This document shows positions 39,932-51,067 of a DNA stretch of 64,000 nt, piece by piece. Origin of the DNA: Spirochaetia bacterium (lineage in GTDB: Bacteria; Spirochaetota; Spirochaetia; CADAEX01); assembly GCA_963662795.1 (NCBI GenBank), contig OY759746.1, positions 1,920,001 to 1,984,000 of the forward strand. Reading direction: 5' to 3'. Positions within the stretch are counted from its first letter, which is position 1; every line of letters begins with the position of its first letter. A program made the translations under genes and the position numbers. The notes beneath the pieces were generated by a model, which was not told the DNA's origin, made no database searches, and worked only from the letters and a program-made list of their open reading frames with translations.

Positions 39932-41215
39932 ATGGCATGGTTTTATGAGCACAAAGAAATTATAACTCCAAATGAAATTAAACAGCTTATAAAAGAGAGT
40001 ATAAAAGAAGCGCAAAGTAGAATATCTGGTAATCCCAAAAAGGTATTATTATTACCGCCAGATATTACAAGGGCACATAGTGGTGCAGGGTGGATAACGG
40101 AAGAATTATTTTATCAATTATCTGAAAAATCAAATGTTTGGATTATGCCCACTTTAGGGCAGCATTCAGCACACACAGATGAGCAGAATAAATGGATGTT
40201 TGGAAGCATTCCAAAAAATAGAATATTAAAACATAACTGGAGAACTGATTGTATCAAGCTTGGAACAATACAAGCAGATTACGTTAGGCAAGTAACAGGG
40301 GATAGAGCTGATTGGGATATCCCTGTAACGGTAAATAAAATACTTTTTGAAGAAAAATGGGATATTATTATAAACATTGGGCATGTTGTGCCGCATGAAG
40401 TCTTAGGCTATGCTAATCATAATAAAAATTACTTTATAGGCCTAGGCGGAAAAGAAATTATTTGCGCTTCTCATATGGCCGCAGCCTGCTATGGTATTGA
40501 GAATAATTTAGGAAGGCTTGTTACACCGCTTCGTCATTGTTTTAACAAAGCAGAAAGTGAATATCTTAGTGAGCTACCAGACTTTTACATACAACTGGTA
40601 ATGGGATATAATAATCAGAGTAAACTAGTACACAAGGGATTCTATTGCGGGGATGATCTTGATACATATCTACTTGCTGCTGAACACTCAAAGAAAGAAA
40701 ACATTGCAATAGTTGAACCACTTAAAAAAGTAATCGCAGTAATGCAAGGTGATGAATTTTACAGTACATGGGTTGCTAATAAAGCAATTTATAGAACAAG
40801 AAAAGCAATGGCCGATGATGGTGAATTGATTATAATAGCTCCGGGATTAAAAAGATTCGGGGAACAGGAAGCGGTTGATAGAATAATCAGAAAATATGGC
40901 TATACTGGAACAGAAAATATTATGAAGCTCTGGAGAAAAGAACCAGAATTACAAGATCTTTCTCATGCCACAGCACACTTAATACATGGTTCTACGGAAG
41001 GAAGATTTAAAGTTACGTATGCACCTGGGTATTTGCAGAAAGAAGATATAGAGAATGTAAATTATAGATATTTAAAATATGAAGAAGCGGTAAAAGAATA
41101 TTGTCCTGAAAAATTATCAAATGGGTATAATACTCTTCCAAGTGGTGAAAAAGTATATTTTATTGAAACACCGTCAGCCGGTCTTTGGAGCACAAAAGAA
41201 AAAATGAATTATTAA
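39932..41215 (+). CDS. LarA-like (lactate racemase domain, DUF2088) protein
   Basis: LLPPDITR, LGQH and VPHEV.G...K motifs. Confidence 0.8.
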   Translation: MAWFYEHKEIITPNEIKQLIKESIKEAQSRISGNPKKVLLLPPDITRAHSGAGWITEELFYQLSEKSNVWIMPTLGQHSAHTDEQNKWMFGSIPKNRILKHNWRTDCIKLGTIQADYVRQVTGDRADWDIPVTVNKILFEEKWDIIINIGHVVPHEVLGYANHNKNYFIGLGGKEIICASHMAAACYGIENNLGRLVTPLRHCFNKAESEYLSELPDFYIQLVMGYNNQSKLVHKGFYCGDDLDTYLLAAEHSKKENIAIVEPLKKVIAVMQGDEFYSTWVANKAIYRTRKAMADDGELIIIAPGLKRFGEQEAVDRIIRKYGYTGTENIMKLWRKEPELQDLSHATAHLIHGSTEGRFKVTYAPGYLQKEDIENVNYRYLKYEEAVKEYCPEKLSNGYNTLPSGEKVYFIETPSAGLWSTKEKMNY

Positions 41216-41273
41216 AATCGTGAATATGAATATCTTAATTAATTACATAATTTATTAAAAACAAAAGGATTGT

Positions 41274-42491
41274 ATGACAGCACAAGGTTTTATTGAATTG
41301 GAAGAAAAATACGGAGCACATAATTATCATCCGTTACCAGTAGTATTGAAAAAAGGTAAAGGTGTTTTTGTATGGGATGTTGAAGGTAAAAAATATTTTG
41401 ATTTTTTGTCAGCTTATTCAGCAATAAATCAGGGACATTGTCATCCTAAAATAATAAATGCGATGATAAGGCAAGCAATGACTTTAACTCTTACGTCACG
41501 GGCGTTTTATAATAATAAGCTTGGACTTTATGAAAAGTATGTTACTGAATATTTTGGATACGATAAAATACTTCCAATGAATACAGGAGCAGAAGCTTGT
41601 GAAACAGCATTAAAACTATGCCGTAAGTGGGCATACGTAAAAAAAGGTATTAAAGAAAATCAGGCAAAAATTATAGTATGCGAAAACAATTTTCATGGAC
41701 GTACTGTTACTGTAATTTCCATGTCAAATGACCCAGACTCTTATAATGGATTTGGGCCGTTTACCCCTGGATTTATAAAAATACCTTATAATGATTTAAA
41801 AGCTCTTGGAAAGGTACTTGAAGACCCTAATGTGGCTGGATTTCTTGTCGAACCGATACAGGGAGAGGCTGGGGTTTTTGCACCAGCTGACGGTTATTTA
41901 AGAAAAGCATATGAAATGTGCAAAGAAAAAAATGTATTATTTATTGCAGATGAAGTGCAAACAGGTATTGCCAGAACCGGAAAGCTACTTGCCTGTGATT
42001 ATGAAAATGTGCATCCTGATATTTTGATTCTTGGCAAAGCTCTTTCAGGAGGCGTCTTCCCGATATCTGCTGTGCTTTCAGATAATGAAATAATGCTGTG
42101 TATCAAACCTGGAGAGCATGGCTCCACATACGGAGGCAATCCTATTTCTGCTGAAATAGCCATTGCAGCTCTTAAAATTGTAAAAGAAGAACAGCTCGCA
42201 GAAAAAGCAGCAAAACTTGGTGAAATATTCAGGAAGGAATTAAGTGAAATAAATTCACCAATAATTGAGGAAATAAGAGGTAAGGGATTACTTAATGCAA
42301 TAGTTATAAAACCTTTAAAAGAAAAAAATGCTTGGGATGTTTGTTTAAAAATGGCAGAAAACGGATTATTGGCGAAACCAACTCATAAGAGAATAATCCG
42401 ATTAGCTCCTCCTTTGGTAATTACTGAAAGCCAAATACATGAAGCCATAAAAATAATAAAAAAATCGATATTGTTTTTTGATATTCAATAA
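41274..42491 (+). CDS. rocD: Ornithine--oxo-acid aminotransferase
   Basis: [46 protein letters not shown] and HGSTYGGNP. Confidence 0.95.
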   Translation: MTAQGFIELEEKYGAHNYHPLPVVLKKGKGVFVWDVEGKKYFDFLSAYSAINQGHCHPKIINAMIRQAMTLTLTSRAFYNNKLGLYEKYVTEYFGYDKILPMNTGAEACETALKLCRKWAYVKKGIKENQAKIIVCENNFHGRTVTVISMSNDPDSYNGFGPFTPGFIKIPYNDLKALGKVLEDPNVAGFLVEPIQGEAGVFAPADGYLRKAYEMCKEKNVLFIADEVQTGIARTGKLLACDYENVHPDILILGKALSGGVFPISAVLSDNEIMLCIKPGEHGSTYGGNPISAEIAIAALKIVKEEQLAEKAAKLGEIFRKELSEINSPIIEEIRGKGLLNAIVIKPLKEKNAWDVCLKMAENGLLAKPTHKRIIRLAPPLVITESQIHEAIKIIKKSILFFDIQ

Positions 42492-42554
42492 AAGATATTT
42501 ATCAAATACGAGAGTAAAGTATCAACTTTCTATTTAAATGTTACTTTTAAAGAA

Positions 42555-42802
42555 GTCCAGCCTTGGCTCCGCCGTGCGGCTTGGACAAGAAGGGGACGTA
42601 CTGCTGCTAACAGCGAATGACCGGTTCCGGCTGTTTCTAAGGAAACAGCCTCCACTCAAATTGCCGAAATAATACATGTTAAGAATAATGGAATAGAGTA
42701 TAAACTTTTGGAGTGAAAAACACCATCGGCAACTTCGGTCATTCGCTGTTAGCAGCAGTACGTCCCCAAGAGAAAACGCCCGGACCTCCGGCCGACGGGC
42801 GA
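42555..42802 (+). repeat. Composite repeat R29 (J|J), symmetrised to a perfect 32-bp inverted repeat
   Basis: TAAC 42608-42611, GTT 42748. Confidence 0.9.
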
Positions 42803-42847
42803 GGAATATTTGAAGTATAATAATATTTTAAAAAGGAGATTATTTAT

Positions 42848-44530
42848 ATGGAAAGATTTCAGAATTTAATTAGAGAGGAAGTTTCAAGAGATTATTCCCA
42901 AGGGAGAAATGAAAGTGCTTCTTTTTTAATGTGGTTTTTAGAAAAAATATTTGGGCTTGATAAAATTGAAGCAATTGATTGTGTTTGTGATAATTATAAT
43001 GATAAAGGAATTGATGGCATATATCTTGATGAGCAAGAAGAAGAAATACATATATTCCAATCTAAATATAAAATGACAAATAACACTATTTTTGGTGATA
43101 CTGTTTTAAGAGACTTTGGAGGTGTTAGAGTTTGGTTTAACAATAGTGAATCAATTGAAAATTTATTAAATGCCAATATTAATGATGAATTGAGAAATCT
43201 AATAAATCGAAATAAACTTTTAGAATACATTGAAACATATGAAACTCATTATCATTTCGTATGTAATGCAAATAAAGATAGAAATGCAATTGAATATGAA
43301 GATAACTCTGAAAATCTAATTGTTTGGGATCTTGAAGTGATGTTTAAGTATTACCAATATATAAGTGATGAACCTCTTGTTCAAGACATTATTATGTTTA
43401 ATAATATCGACAATTCTGAAGTTATTGAAATTGAAAATATATCAAATACTGCAGGTATGCTTATTTTCCCTTTAAATGCTAATGAATTATTGAGATTAAA
43501 AGGAATAAATGATTATTCGTTATTTAATAAAAACGTTCGTTATGGTTTAGGAAATACTCGTGTAAACAAATCAATTCGTGATACTTTGAAAAATAATCAA
43601 GAAAAAGATAAGTTTATACTGTTTCATAATGGGATATCTTTAGTGTGTGAAAATTATATACATGATAAGGAAAATGAATGTATTAAGCTTATTAATTATT
43701 CTGTTGTTAATGGTGCACAATCCACACTAGCTTTTTATAAAAATTCTAGATTTATTGATCAAAATACAAATATTCTTCTTAAAGTTATGAATATTGGTGG
43801 AAATCCACAACTGATGAATAAAATTACATATTATAACAATAATCAGAATTCAATAAATATGAGAGATTTACGATCAAATGACAATGTACAAAAGAGAATA
43901 GAACGAGAATTTAAAGATTTGCGTAATTTATACGATCTTAAATATGATTATGTCCCTAAAAAAGGTAAAATAGTAGCTACTGATCATATAGCAATTGAGA
44001 GTGATTATGCAGCACAATTAATAACAGCTTGCTATTTAAAGAATCCTCAAAATACTCATTTGAAAATCGCAATGTTTACTAGTTCTTATAGTGATATCTT
44101 TAATAGAAATATTAATGCCAAAAAAATATTACTTTATTTTCTATCTCATGAAGTTTTAAAAAGCAATCTAGAACAATTTGCTGATGAAATGATATCAAGT
44201 TATGGATTATTCCAATATTTTGTTTTATCAATAGTATTTGAAATAATAGAAGATCATGAAGCTTCAAAAAGAATTATAGATAACTTGGATCATTATATAA
44301 GATCACCAGAAACAATAAAAAAATTCTTTAATGATATATATGATGTATTATACGGGATAATTGATCATCATATTTCAGAAAAAAAAGTATCAGCAACGTT
44401 TGACTATAAAAACTTTTTTAAATCTAAAACAGAAGTCACGGAAATGAGCAGGAGTATAAAAACAATGTTTAATACATCATTGAAAATAAATCGTAAACCT
44501 TTCGAAACATTGTGTACAAGTCTAGATTAA
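42848..44530 (+). CDS. AIPR family protein
   Basis: NDKGIDG...QSKY; LFNKNVR; HNGIS; VVNGAQS; NNQN...DLRS. Confidence 0.9.
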   Translation: MERFQNLIREEVSRDYSQGRNESASFLMWFLEKIFGLDKIEAIDCVCDNYNDKGIDGIYLDEQEEEIHIFQSKYKMTNNTIFGDTVLRDFGGVRVWFNNSESIENLLNANINDELRNLINRNKLLEYIETYETHYHFVCNANKDRNAIEYEDNSENLIVWDLEVMFKYYQYISDEPLVQDIIMFNNIDNSEVIEIENISNTAGMLIFPLNANELLRLKGINDYSLFNKNVRYGLGNTRVNKSIRDTLKNNQEKDKFILFHNGISLVCENYIHDKENECIKLINYSVVNGAQSTLAFYKNSRFIDQNTNILLKVMNIGGNPQLMNKITYYNNNQNSINMRDLRSNDNVQKRIEREFKDLRNLYDLKYDYVPKKGKIVATDHIAIESDYAAQLITACYLKNPQNTHLKIAMFTSSYSDIFNRNINAKKILLYFLSHEVLKSNLEQFADEMISSYGLFQYFVLSIVFEIIEDHEASKRIIDNLDHYIRSPETIKKFFNDIYDVLYGIIDHHISEKKVSATFDYKNFFKSKTEVTEMSRSIKTMFNTSLKINRKPFETLCTSLD

Positions 44531-44576
44531 TTGGTAGAAATATAAAGTTGATATTTTTATTAAGATGAGATAAGAA

Positions 44577-44845
44577 GTCCGGCCTTGGCTCCGCCGTGCG
44601 GCCTGGACAAGAAGGGGACGTACTGCTACTAACAGAGGATAATTCGCTGCGCTCGGAGTACCTCGCTTGGCCTTCGGCATATTTTACTTTCACTTAATCC
44701 AGACAATTTGTGTTTTATCCTTTTTAATGGAAAAAAACAGGAAACGGTTTATAAAGTTTGAGCCGTAAAACATCGCTTATCCTCGGGACGTTATCCACAA
44801 TATCATCGCAAGAGAACACCGCCCGGACCTCCGGCCAACGGGCGA
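44577..44845 (+). repeat. Composite repeat R30 (J|I)
   Basis: TAAC 44630-44633, GTT 44790. Confidence 0.9.
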
Positions 44846-44914
44846 AGAAAATAGAATCTACTGTTTAAAATACTTTGAACATAATAAAATGTATAGTTAT
44901 TTAATATTTTATCT

Positions 44915-45234
44915 TAATCGCTGTTGCGGTAGAAAAAATTATCTGGATAATTAAACAAATACACGAAATAATTTCGGAAATATTTAGCTTAAAGAGTTAT
45001 ACGATTATAACGCAAGGTATTAATTGTATTGAAACAAAAGATATAGAAGAAATTACAGCTAATAATTACTTATCATTCCCTAGTATATCAGCTCCCTTTA
45101 CAGAATTATTTGATATAGAGGAAGCAGTAAAGAAAAACATCAAAAATCATATACATAAACCATGTGATTTATACATTTCCGAATCAGTTTTACTTACATT
45201 AAAATACATTAATTTAAAAAAGAGATTCCTTTGA
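44915..45234 (+). pseudogene. 5'-truncated open frame abutting a damaged attI-like site
   Basis: ~105 open codons (LIAVAVEKII...KKRFL*) with no start, beginning right after TAGTTATTTAATAT. Confidence 0.4.
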
Positions 45235-45364
45235 AAATATTTATTATCAACCTAAAAGTTTTGTTCAGTCATGGAATAAATATTCACCAGTAATTATTGA
45301 AACAATTATTAATAAAATGTATCTACAGTAAGGATTTTTATCTAAATAAAAGAGAATATAAATT

Positions 45365-47227
45365 TTGAAAAATATGGATCTTCTTCAGACGAATATAACA
45401 AATGATTTATCTCGGTTAAAAAAAATAATTGATAAATATTCAACATATTCAATTGTTGGATGGTGTTTTTCCTATAATCTTTTTATAGGAAAAACAGATC
45501 GAGAAGAAGTATTACATTCTCCTGCAAAACAATTATCTTTTCTTATTGGAGTTATGCTTTCAATAAAAGAGCCTGATGATCCAAAAGAACTTGATAATAG
45601 TAAATGGGAAGAAATATTAGCGATACTTAACAAATTATTCAACCATTACTGGCTTTTATATATGCCTGAGAAAGAGAATAGTATTAATGCAGAAAAACCA
45701 ACAGAAGAATGGTTTCAAACAAGAGAAATATCATTGCAGGCATTTTTTAATTATTTTGATTCTGGATTATTAGCTTCTATTGAACAAGTTAAAGACAGAA
45801 TTATGAGATACTTACTCCCATTTGATGAAATTATAGAGCAGAAAATTGGTATTTCTTTAACTAAATCTCTAGAAATATGTGATCATATTGTAAAAAAAAT
45901 GCAAAATGTTTTAGATGAGATTTCTGTTCTTAAAATCGAAGAACAAAAAATACGTGAAGAACTTATACGAAAGCATATAGGGAAAGAATGGGCGATTGAA
46001 GAAATGAGGCGAGAGTCTTTTTCTGGGCCATATATAAGTATTGCAAGTAAACTATTTGAAAACTTAAACAAAATGGGTAGTGTTGATGCTGAAGATATTA
46101 AAAAGAAATATGGTGATTTAGGTAAAAAATACTGTGAACTGTTTATCATAGAAAGAGGACAAGGTCCAGAAATAAGATACCCAACTGATAGAAGTATTTT
46201 TGAAATTAAACCAATAATCAGTGATAAAAAAGGAAAACTATTATGCCCTGCTTCAAATTCATTGTATCTTGCATTAAACACATTAGGTGAAAAGATTATA
46301 TTAGAAAGTGAAGAAAAATCTAAATATTTACAATTGAGAGATAAATCCCTTGAAAATGAAGCACTATCAATTTTACAGGAATTAGTTAATAAAAAAGCAA
46401 CAATTCTAACATCTGTTTATGAAACACCAGATAGCCATTTTGAACATGATATTATTATTGATGATGAATTATTGACATTAATTATTGAAGCAAAAGCATC
46501 CCCTCCAATAGAACCATTTCGAGATCCTGATAAAGCTTTTATTAGAATTCGTGATGCTTTTAAATCTGATACAGGTATTCAAAAAGCTTTCGATCAAACC
46601 AAAACAATATTAAAAAAATTAGAAAAAGAAGGACAAATCAATTTATATAATAAAAAAGGAGATAAAATATACACATTAGATTATGATTCAAAAAAGTTGC
46701 AAATTGGAATATGTGTTACAAGAGATAATTTTGGGTCTTTAGCAACAGATTTATCATTATTATTAGAAAAGGAAAAAGATGATAAATATCCATGGGCTTT
46801 GAATATACTTGATTTAAAAAACTTCAAAGATGCTTGGTTATATTTAAAAAAAGGAGAAAGAGAGTTTTGTCAATTTCTAACAGAAAGAATAAAACTTCAT
46901 GGTAAAGTTTACTCTGCCGATGAACTTGAATATGCAGGTTATTTTTTTCTGCATGGTGACTTTTCATCTTTTAATACATCTGAATTTGATCGAATTCAAT
47001 TAGATCCACATTATTCTGATATCTTTAATGATATTTATTATGCACAATATCATGGTGGTCCGGCTGCTAATATTAAAGTCAAAAAGACACCAGTTTTAAC
47101 AGATTTAAGAAAATCAATAATTGAAGGAAAGCCTGTTTTTATAGATGCTAAAAAGATAAAAGTAGGAAGAAATGATAAGTGTCCTTGTGGATCGGGGAAA
47201 AAGTATAAGTTTTGTTGCGGGAGATAG
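45365..47227 (+). CDS. SEC-C motif protein with NERD/PD-(D/E)xK-like domain
   Basis: EHDIII...IIEAK; C-terminal KVGRNDKCPCGSGKKYKFCC. Confidence 0.8.
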   Translation: MKNMDLLQTNITNDLSRLKKIIDKYSTYSIVGWCFSYNLFIGKTDREEVLHSPAKQLSFLIGVMLSIKEPDDPKELDNSKWEEILAILNKLFNHYWLLYMPEKENSINAEKPTEEWFQTREISLQAFFNYFDSGLLASIEQVKDRIMRYLLPFDEIIEQKIGISLTKSLEICDHIVKKMQNVLDEISVLKIEEQKIREELIRKHIGKEWAIEEMRRESFSGPYISIASKLFENLNKMGSVDAEDIKKKYGDLGKKYCELFIIERGQGPEIRYPTDRSIFEIKPIISDKKGKLLCPASNSLYLALNTLGEKIILESEEKSKYLQLRDKSLENEALSILQELVNKKATILTSVYETPDSHFEHDIIIDDELLTLIIEAKASPPIEPFRDPDKAFIRIRDAFKSDTGIQKAFDQTKTILKKLEKEGQINLYNKKGDKIYTLDYDSKKLQIGICVTRDNFGSLATDLSLLLEKEKDDKYPWALNILDLKNFKDAWLYLKKGEREFCQFLTERIKLHGKVYSADELEYAGYFFLHGDFSSFNTSEFDRIQLDPHYSDIFNDIYYAQYHGGPAANIKVKKTPVLTDLRKSIIEGKPVFIDAKKIKVGRNDKCPCGSGKKYKFCCGR

Positions 47228-47240
47228 AACAATAAAAACC

Positions 47241-47348
47241 ATCTAACAATCAGTTGGAGAAGATTTGACTTTTATCACGGTTCTTGCTGATGCAAGAACA
47301 CGCGCCAACTCTATCGGGGTAGTCAAGCAGCTCAACTGAACGTTATAA
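47241..47348 (+). repeat. Canonical attC nested in cassette
   Basis: ATCTAAC AATCAGTTGGAG...CTCAACTGAAC GTTATAA. Confidence 0.8.
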
Positions 47349-47371
47349 AAATAAAAATGGAAAAGGGGAAA

Positions 47372-47668
47372 GTCCGGCCTTGGCGTTGCCGTGCGGCCCT
47401 GGACAAGAAGCGATGATACTGGTGGATAACAGCGGTTCAAGCGCTTCGCTCGGAGCACCTCGCTTGGCCTTCGGCAAACATCGTAGGATTTTATCTACAT
47501 AATTATAGCGTAACAAGTTTTAACAGGCGATAAATAAAAACTTTGTGTTTTTCATTCTTGGTCTACGATGCTTCGCTTAACCGCGGGGCGTTATGCGAAA
47601 GGCTGGCCGAAGAGGAATAGGCTGGGGGCGGGGGAGAGGAAGACGCCGCCGCACATCGTGTGCGCCGA
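47372..47668 (+). repeat. Composite repeat R31 (I|H)
   Basis: TAAC 47427-47430, GTT 47590. Confidence 0.88.
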
Positions 47669-47848
47669 AGAAAAATTAATAAACTGAGAGTTTTATAATC
47701 TGTAAGAGTGTTTGTATAAATTACCATTATAAAAGCAGAAAAAATGAAAATATAATATTATTTTAGTAGTTCCTTTCGTGTGATTTGATTATGGATTGGG
47801 TAAAAAACAAAAAAAATAAATCGCATAAAATGTAATATTTTCTTGTAA

Positions 47849-47986
47849 ATGAAAATTATTTGGGATAAAGGTGAAAATAAAACTCTTAAGCTTGAAAGAT
47901 ATATTTCTTTCAAGATATTTGCGGATTTGATTCTGGGGCTAGTTATAAAGTTAATTTGCAAAATATTAACCTTGGAATATAGCTGA
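47849..47986 (+). pseudogene. BrnT-like remnant (copy 2 of duplicated cassette)
   Basis: Near-identical to 33737-33874. Confidence 0.5.
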
Positions 47987-48002
47987 TTATGATAATTTTC
48001 AT

Positions 48003-48306
48003 CGTCTCACACATCCATGTGTTCGACGAAGACCGCCCCAGCCAAGAAGAGCCGGCCAGCCCATCGCATAACAGCGATTATTTCGCTGCGCTCCCTGTGG
48101 TCGCTTGGGCTCCTGCCAGTTGAGCTGGCAGATCGCCATATTTTGTTTTCATAAAACCGGAACAACATGTGTTTTATGCTCTTCAAGTTTGTAAAAACCA
48201 AATAAAAGTATTTTAGAGTTTAGTCACAAAACATCGAATAATCGCGAGACGTTATGCACAATATCATCGCAAGAAGAAATCGCCCGGACCTCCGGCCGAC
48301 GGGCGA
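48003..48306 (+). repeat. Composite repeat R32 (H|I')
   Basis: TAAC 48069-48072, GTT 48251. Confidence 0.88.
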
Positions 48307-48425
48307 AAAAATAAAAACAATAAATAAGATAATCGTTAACATAAAAAATAATCTTCAAGGATAAATATTTATATGCGTAATTCAAAATGCAGGTTATACT
48401 TATTTATTCAAAAAAAGGAGTAATT

Positions 48426-48980
48426 ATGAAAAGATTTATCTCATTTATATTTGTTTTTATCCTACTGTCTTCATGTGCAGTATTACCTGTTAAAGATGAT
48501 AAAAAGTTATTGGTTATTGGTAAATTTGAACTTAAATTCCCTGATGGATATTATAATATAAAAAGACCAAAAACTATTAAATCCGGAATTATTTTGAAAG
48601 TTAAAAATATCAATACAGGAGAAGAATTTAGTATTGTCTCAGATAAGGAAGGGTATTATAAAATATTGGCTAATGCTGGGGAAGAATATCTTTTTATTAA
48701 ATATGTACATGAGAATAGGATAAATAGAACTATTTATCATAGTGGGCAACTACTAAATGTTAGATTTAAAGTTATTGATGGAAAAATAAATTATTTAGGT
48801 GACGTAAGTATAATTTATTCAAAAGGAAGTTTAGCAGAAGATTTTGATGAAAGAAAATCATATCAATATAAATTAGATTTCCTGCTTAATGACGAAACTC
48901 AAAAATTGGTAGAATACTTAAAAGATAAAAAAAATGGAAAGATATGGCTACAAGATGGAATTGTAACGTTAGTAAAATGA
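48426..48980 (+). CDS. Putative lipoprotein
   Basis: MKRFISFIFVFILLSSC lipobox; AGGAG RBS. Confidence 0.75.
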   Translation: MKRFISFIFVFILLSSCAVLPVKDDKKLLVIGKFELKFPDGYYNIKRPKTIKSGIILKVKNINTGEEFSIVSDKEGYYKILANAGEEYLFIKYVHENRINRTIYHSGQLLNVRFKVIDGKINYLGDVSIIYSKGSLAEDFDERKSYQYKLDFLLNDETQKLVEYLKDKKNGKIWLQDGIVTLVK

Positions 48981-49027
48981 ATATTAAAAATATAAACCTT
49001 ATCCTTAAATATATGGAGAAATAATTA

Positions 49028-49714
49028 GTGAAAAAAAGTATTTTAATTATATTTCTGTTATTTTTTACAGTTAACAGTTATTCTATTGATTTTACACTTG
49101 GGGCATTAGGTGGCGCTAATATAGGCTGGTTTTCTGGTGATGACTGGGATGATTATGTTAACTATTTGGGTGCTGATAATAGTACAAAAATTGGATTTGA
49201 TATCGGACTTTTTTTTGAAGCTAAGGTGAATAATAATTTTTCAATACAGCCTGAAATTCTTTATACAGTGATTGGAGGGGGACTTGCTTCAGAAGATCAA
49301 TATATAGTTGATTATGATATTTTTATTGATGAAGAATTGATTTATAAAGTGAAAATAATTACTCTTCCCTTATTTTTAAAGTATAGAATAGAAGCCGGCG
49401 ATTATTTCGAAGCTGGTTCTGGACATATAACATTCTTAGGAGGTCCAGTATACTTTATACTAACAGATGACATAAATGTAAAATATAAACTTACCTCCTC
49501 AGGTTATTATCCTGCAATAGCTAAAACCGATATAGAAGCAGATAATAAAAGTATTTTCGGTATGGCATTTGGAGTAGGATATGATATCCCGCTAAAGAAT
49601 GGAAAAATCTTTATTGATCTTCGATATTATCGCTTTATAACAGGCTTATTTGATGATGAAGATTTAAGAAGTAACTTTATTGGTATTAATCTTGGCTATG
49701 GAATCAATCTTTGA
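49028..49714 (+). CDS. Outer-membrane beta-barrel (porin/PorT-like) protein
   Basis: Signal peptide; FSIQPEILY, IDLRY and terminal LGYGINL strands. Confidence 0.8.
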   Translation: MKKSILIIFLLFFTVNSYSIDFTLGALGGANIGWFSGDDWDDYVNYLGADNSTKIGFDIGLFFEAKVNNNFSIQPEILYTVIGGGLASEDQYIVDYDIFIDEELIYKVKIITLPLFLKYRIEAGDYFEAGSGHITFLGGPVYFILTDDINVKYKLTSSGYYPAIAKTDIEADNKSIFGMAFGVGYDIPLKNGKIFIDLRYYRFITGLFDDEDLRSNFIGINLGYGINL

Positions 49715-49748
49715 TATAACAAATTATTGATTAGTGTGTTGGTAAGAA

Positions 49749-50022
49749 GTCCAGCCTTGGCTTCCAGCCGTGCGGCTTGGACAAGAAGCGATGATACTGG
49801 TGCATAACAGAGGATAAAGCGCTTCGCTCGGAGTACCTCGCTTGGGCTTCGCCACACATCGTAGGTTTTAACTACTCCGATAAGAAGTAGCAAGTTTTTA
49901 AAATAAATAAATTACAACATTGTGTTGTCTATTCGTGGACTACGATGCGTCGCTTATCCTCAGGACGTTATACGTAATGGCCAGGCAAGAGAAAATCGCC
50001 CGGACCTCCGGCCGACGGGCGA
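49749..50022 (+). repeat. Composite repeat R33 (I'|A)
   Basis: TAAC 49805-49808, GTT 49967. Confidence 0.9.
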
Positions 50023-50068
50023 GGATAAGTTGTATAAAAGCTTAAAAAAAGTATAAGATATTATTAAA

Positions 50069-51067
50069 ATGAAAAAAATATATTTAGATGAAAAATATAT
50101 AAGATTTAATCAAAAACGTTCAAAAAAAGCAATTAAGGAAAGACAAAATAGAAAATATAGTCATGGGCGTTTTAGTAATAAAATAAAAATTAGTGATAAA
50201 CGAATATTCAATGGATTATATTTAAACGCACCAGAAATATTTAGTTTATTAAATAATTTTAATGAAACAATGGATTTCTTGAAAAAATTAGATGACAATT
50301 CATGGCATGGGAGATCAATAAAAATAGATTTAAAAAGTGTAAAATATTTAACTCCTGATACAATTTTGTGTATAATAGCATTCTTGTATAATTCAGAGAC
50401 TCATAATAAAAATGTAAATATTAAAGGTAATGCGCCTCTGGATCCTTATTGCAGACAAGTATTTTTAGACTCTGGATTTTATAAATATGTAAACAGCAGT
50501 TATAATCATAACGATAGTGAAGAAATATTATCAATACGTTCAGATGAACTTGTTGACCCTGAAGAAGCAGGGTCTGTTGTAAAATTTGTGAGAGATAAAT
50601 TAAATATTAAGAGAAATCAAATGACAAAAGCTGTATATACTACAATTATGGAAGCTATGAATAATGTTCGTGAACATGCATATACCGGAAGAAAAAATAA
50701 AAGATGGTGGTTAATGGCTTTACCAGAAAAGAGTTGTGATATAATACATTTTGCATTATTAGATAATGGGCGAGGGATTCCTACTACAATTAAGAAAAAA
50801 ATTCCTGAATATTTTTTTTCAAGTGATTCGGAATTAATACGATCAACAGTTTTAGAAAAAAATAGGAGTGAAACTAGATTGATATATCGAGGACTTGGAT
50901 TGCCGAGTATGAAAAGTTTAGTTGATAAAAAAATGATAAAAAATCTTAATATTATATCAAAAAATGGCTTGTATTGTGTTGATTCTGATAATGCGGTAAA
51001 TTTAAATTACGATTTTAATGGTACATTAATATGTTGGGATTTTGTAAAGGAGGAAATTAATGGCTAA
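50069..51067 (+). CDS. STAS-like + GHKL/HATPase protein
   Basis: EAMNNVREHA, DNGRGI, RGLGL and GT boxes. Confidence 0.8.
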   Translation: MKKIYLDEKYIRFNQKRSKKAIKERQNRKYSHGRFSNKIKISDKRIFNGLYLNAPEIFSLLNNFNETMDFLKKLDDNSWHGRSIKIDLKSVKYLTPDTILCIIAFLYNSETHNKNVNIKGNAPLDPYCRQVFLDSGFYKYVNSSYNHNDSEEILSIRSDELVDPEEAGSVVKFVRDKLNIKRNQMTKAVYTTIMEAMNNVREHAYTGRKNKRWWLMALPEKSCDIIHFALLDNGRGIPTTIKKKIPEYFFSSDSELIRSTVLEKNRSETRLIYRGLGLPSMKSLVDKKMIKNLNIISKNGLYCVDSDNAVNLNYDFNGTLICWDFVKEEING

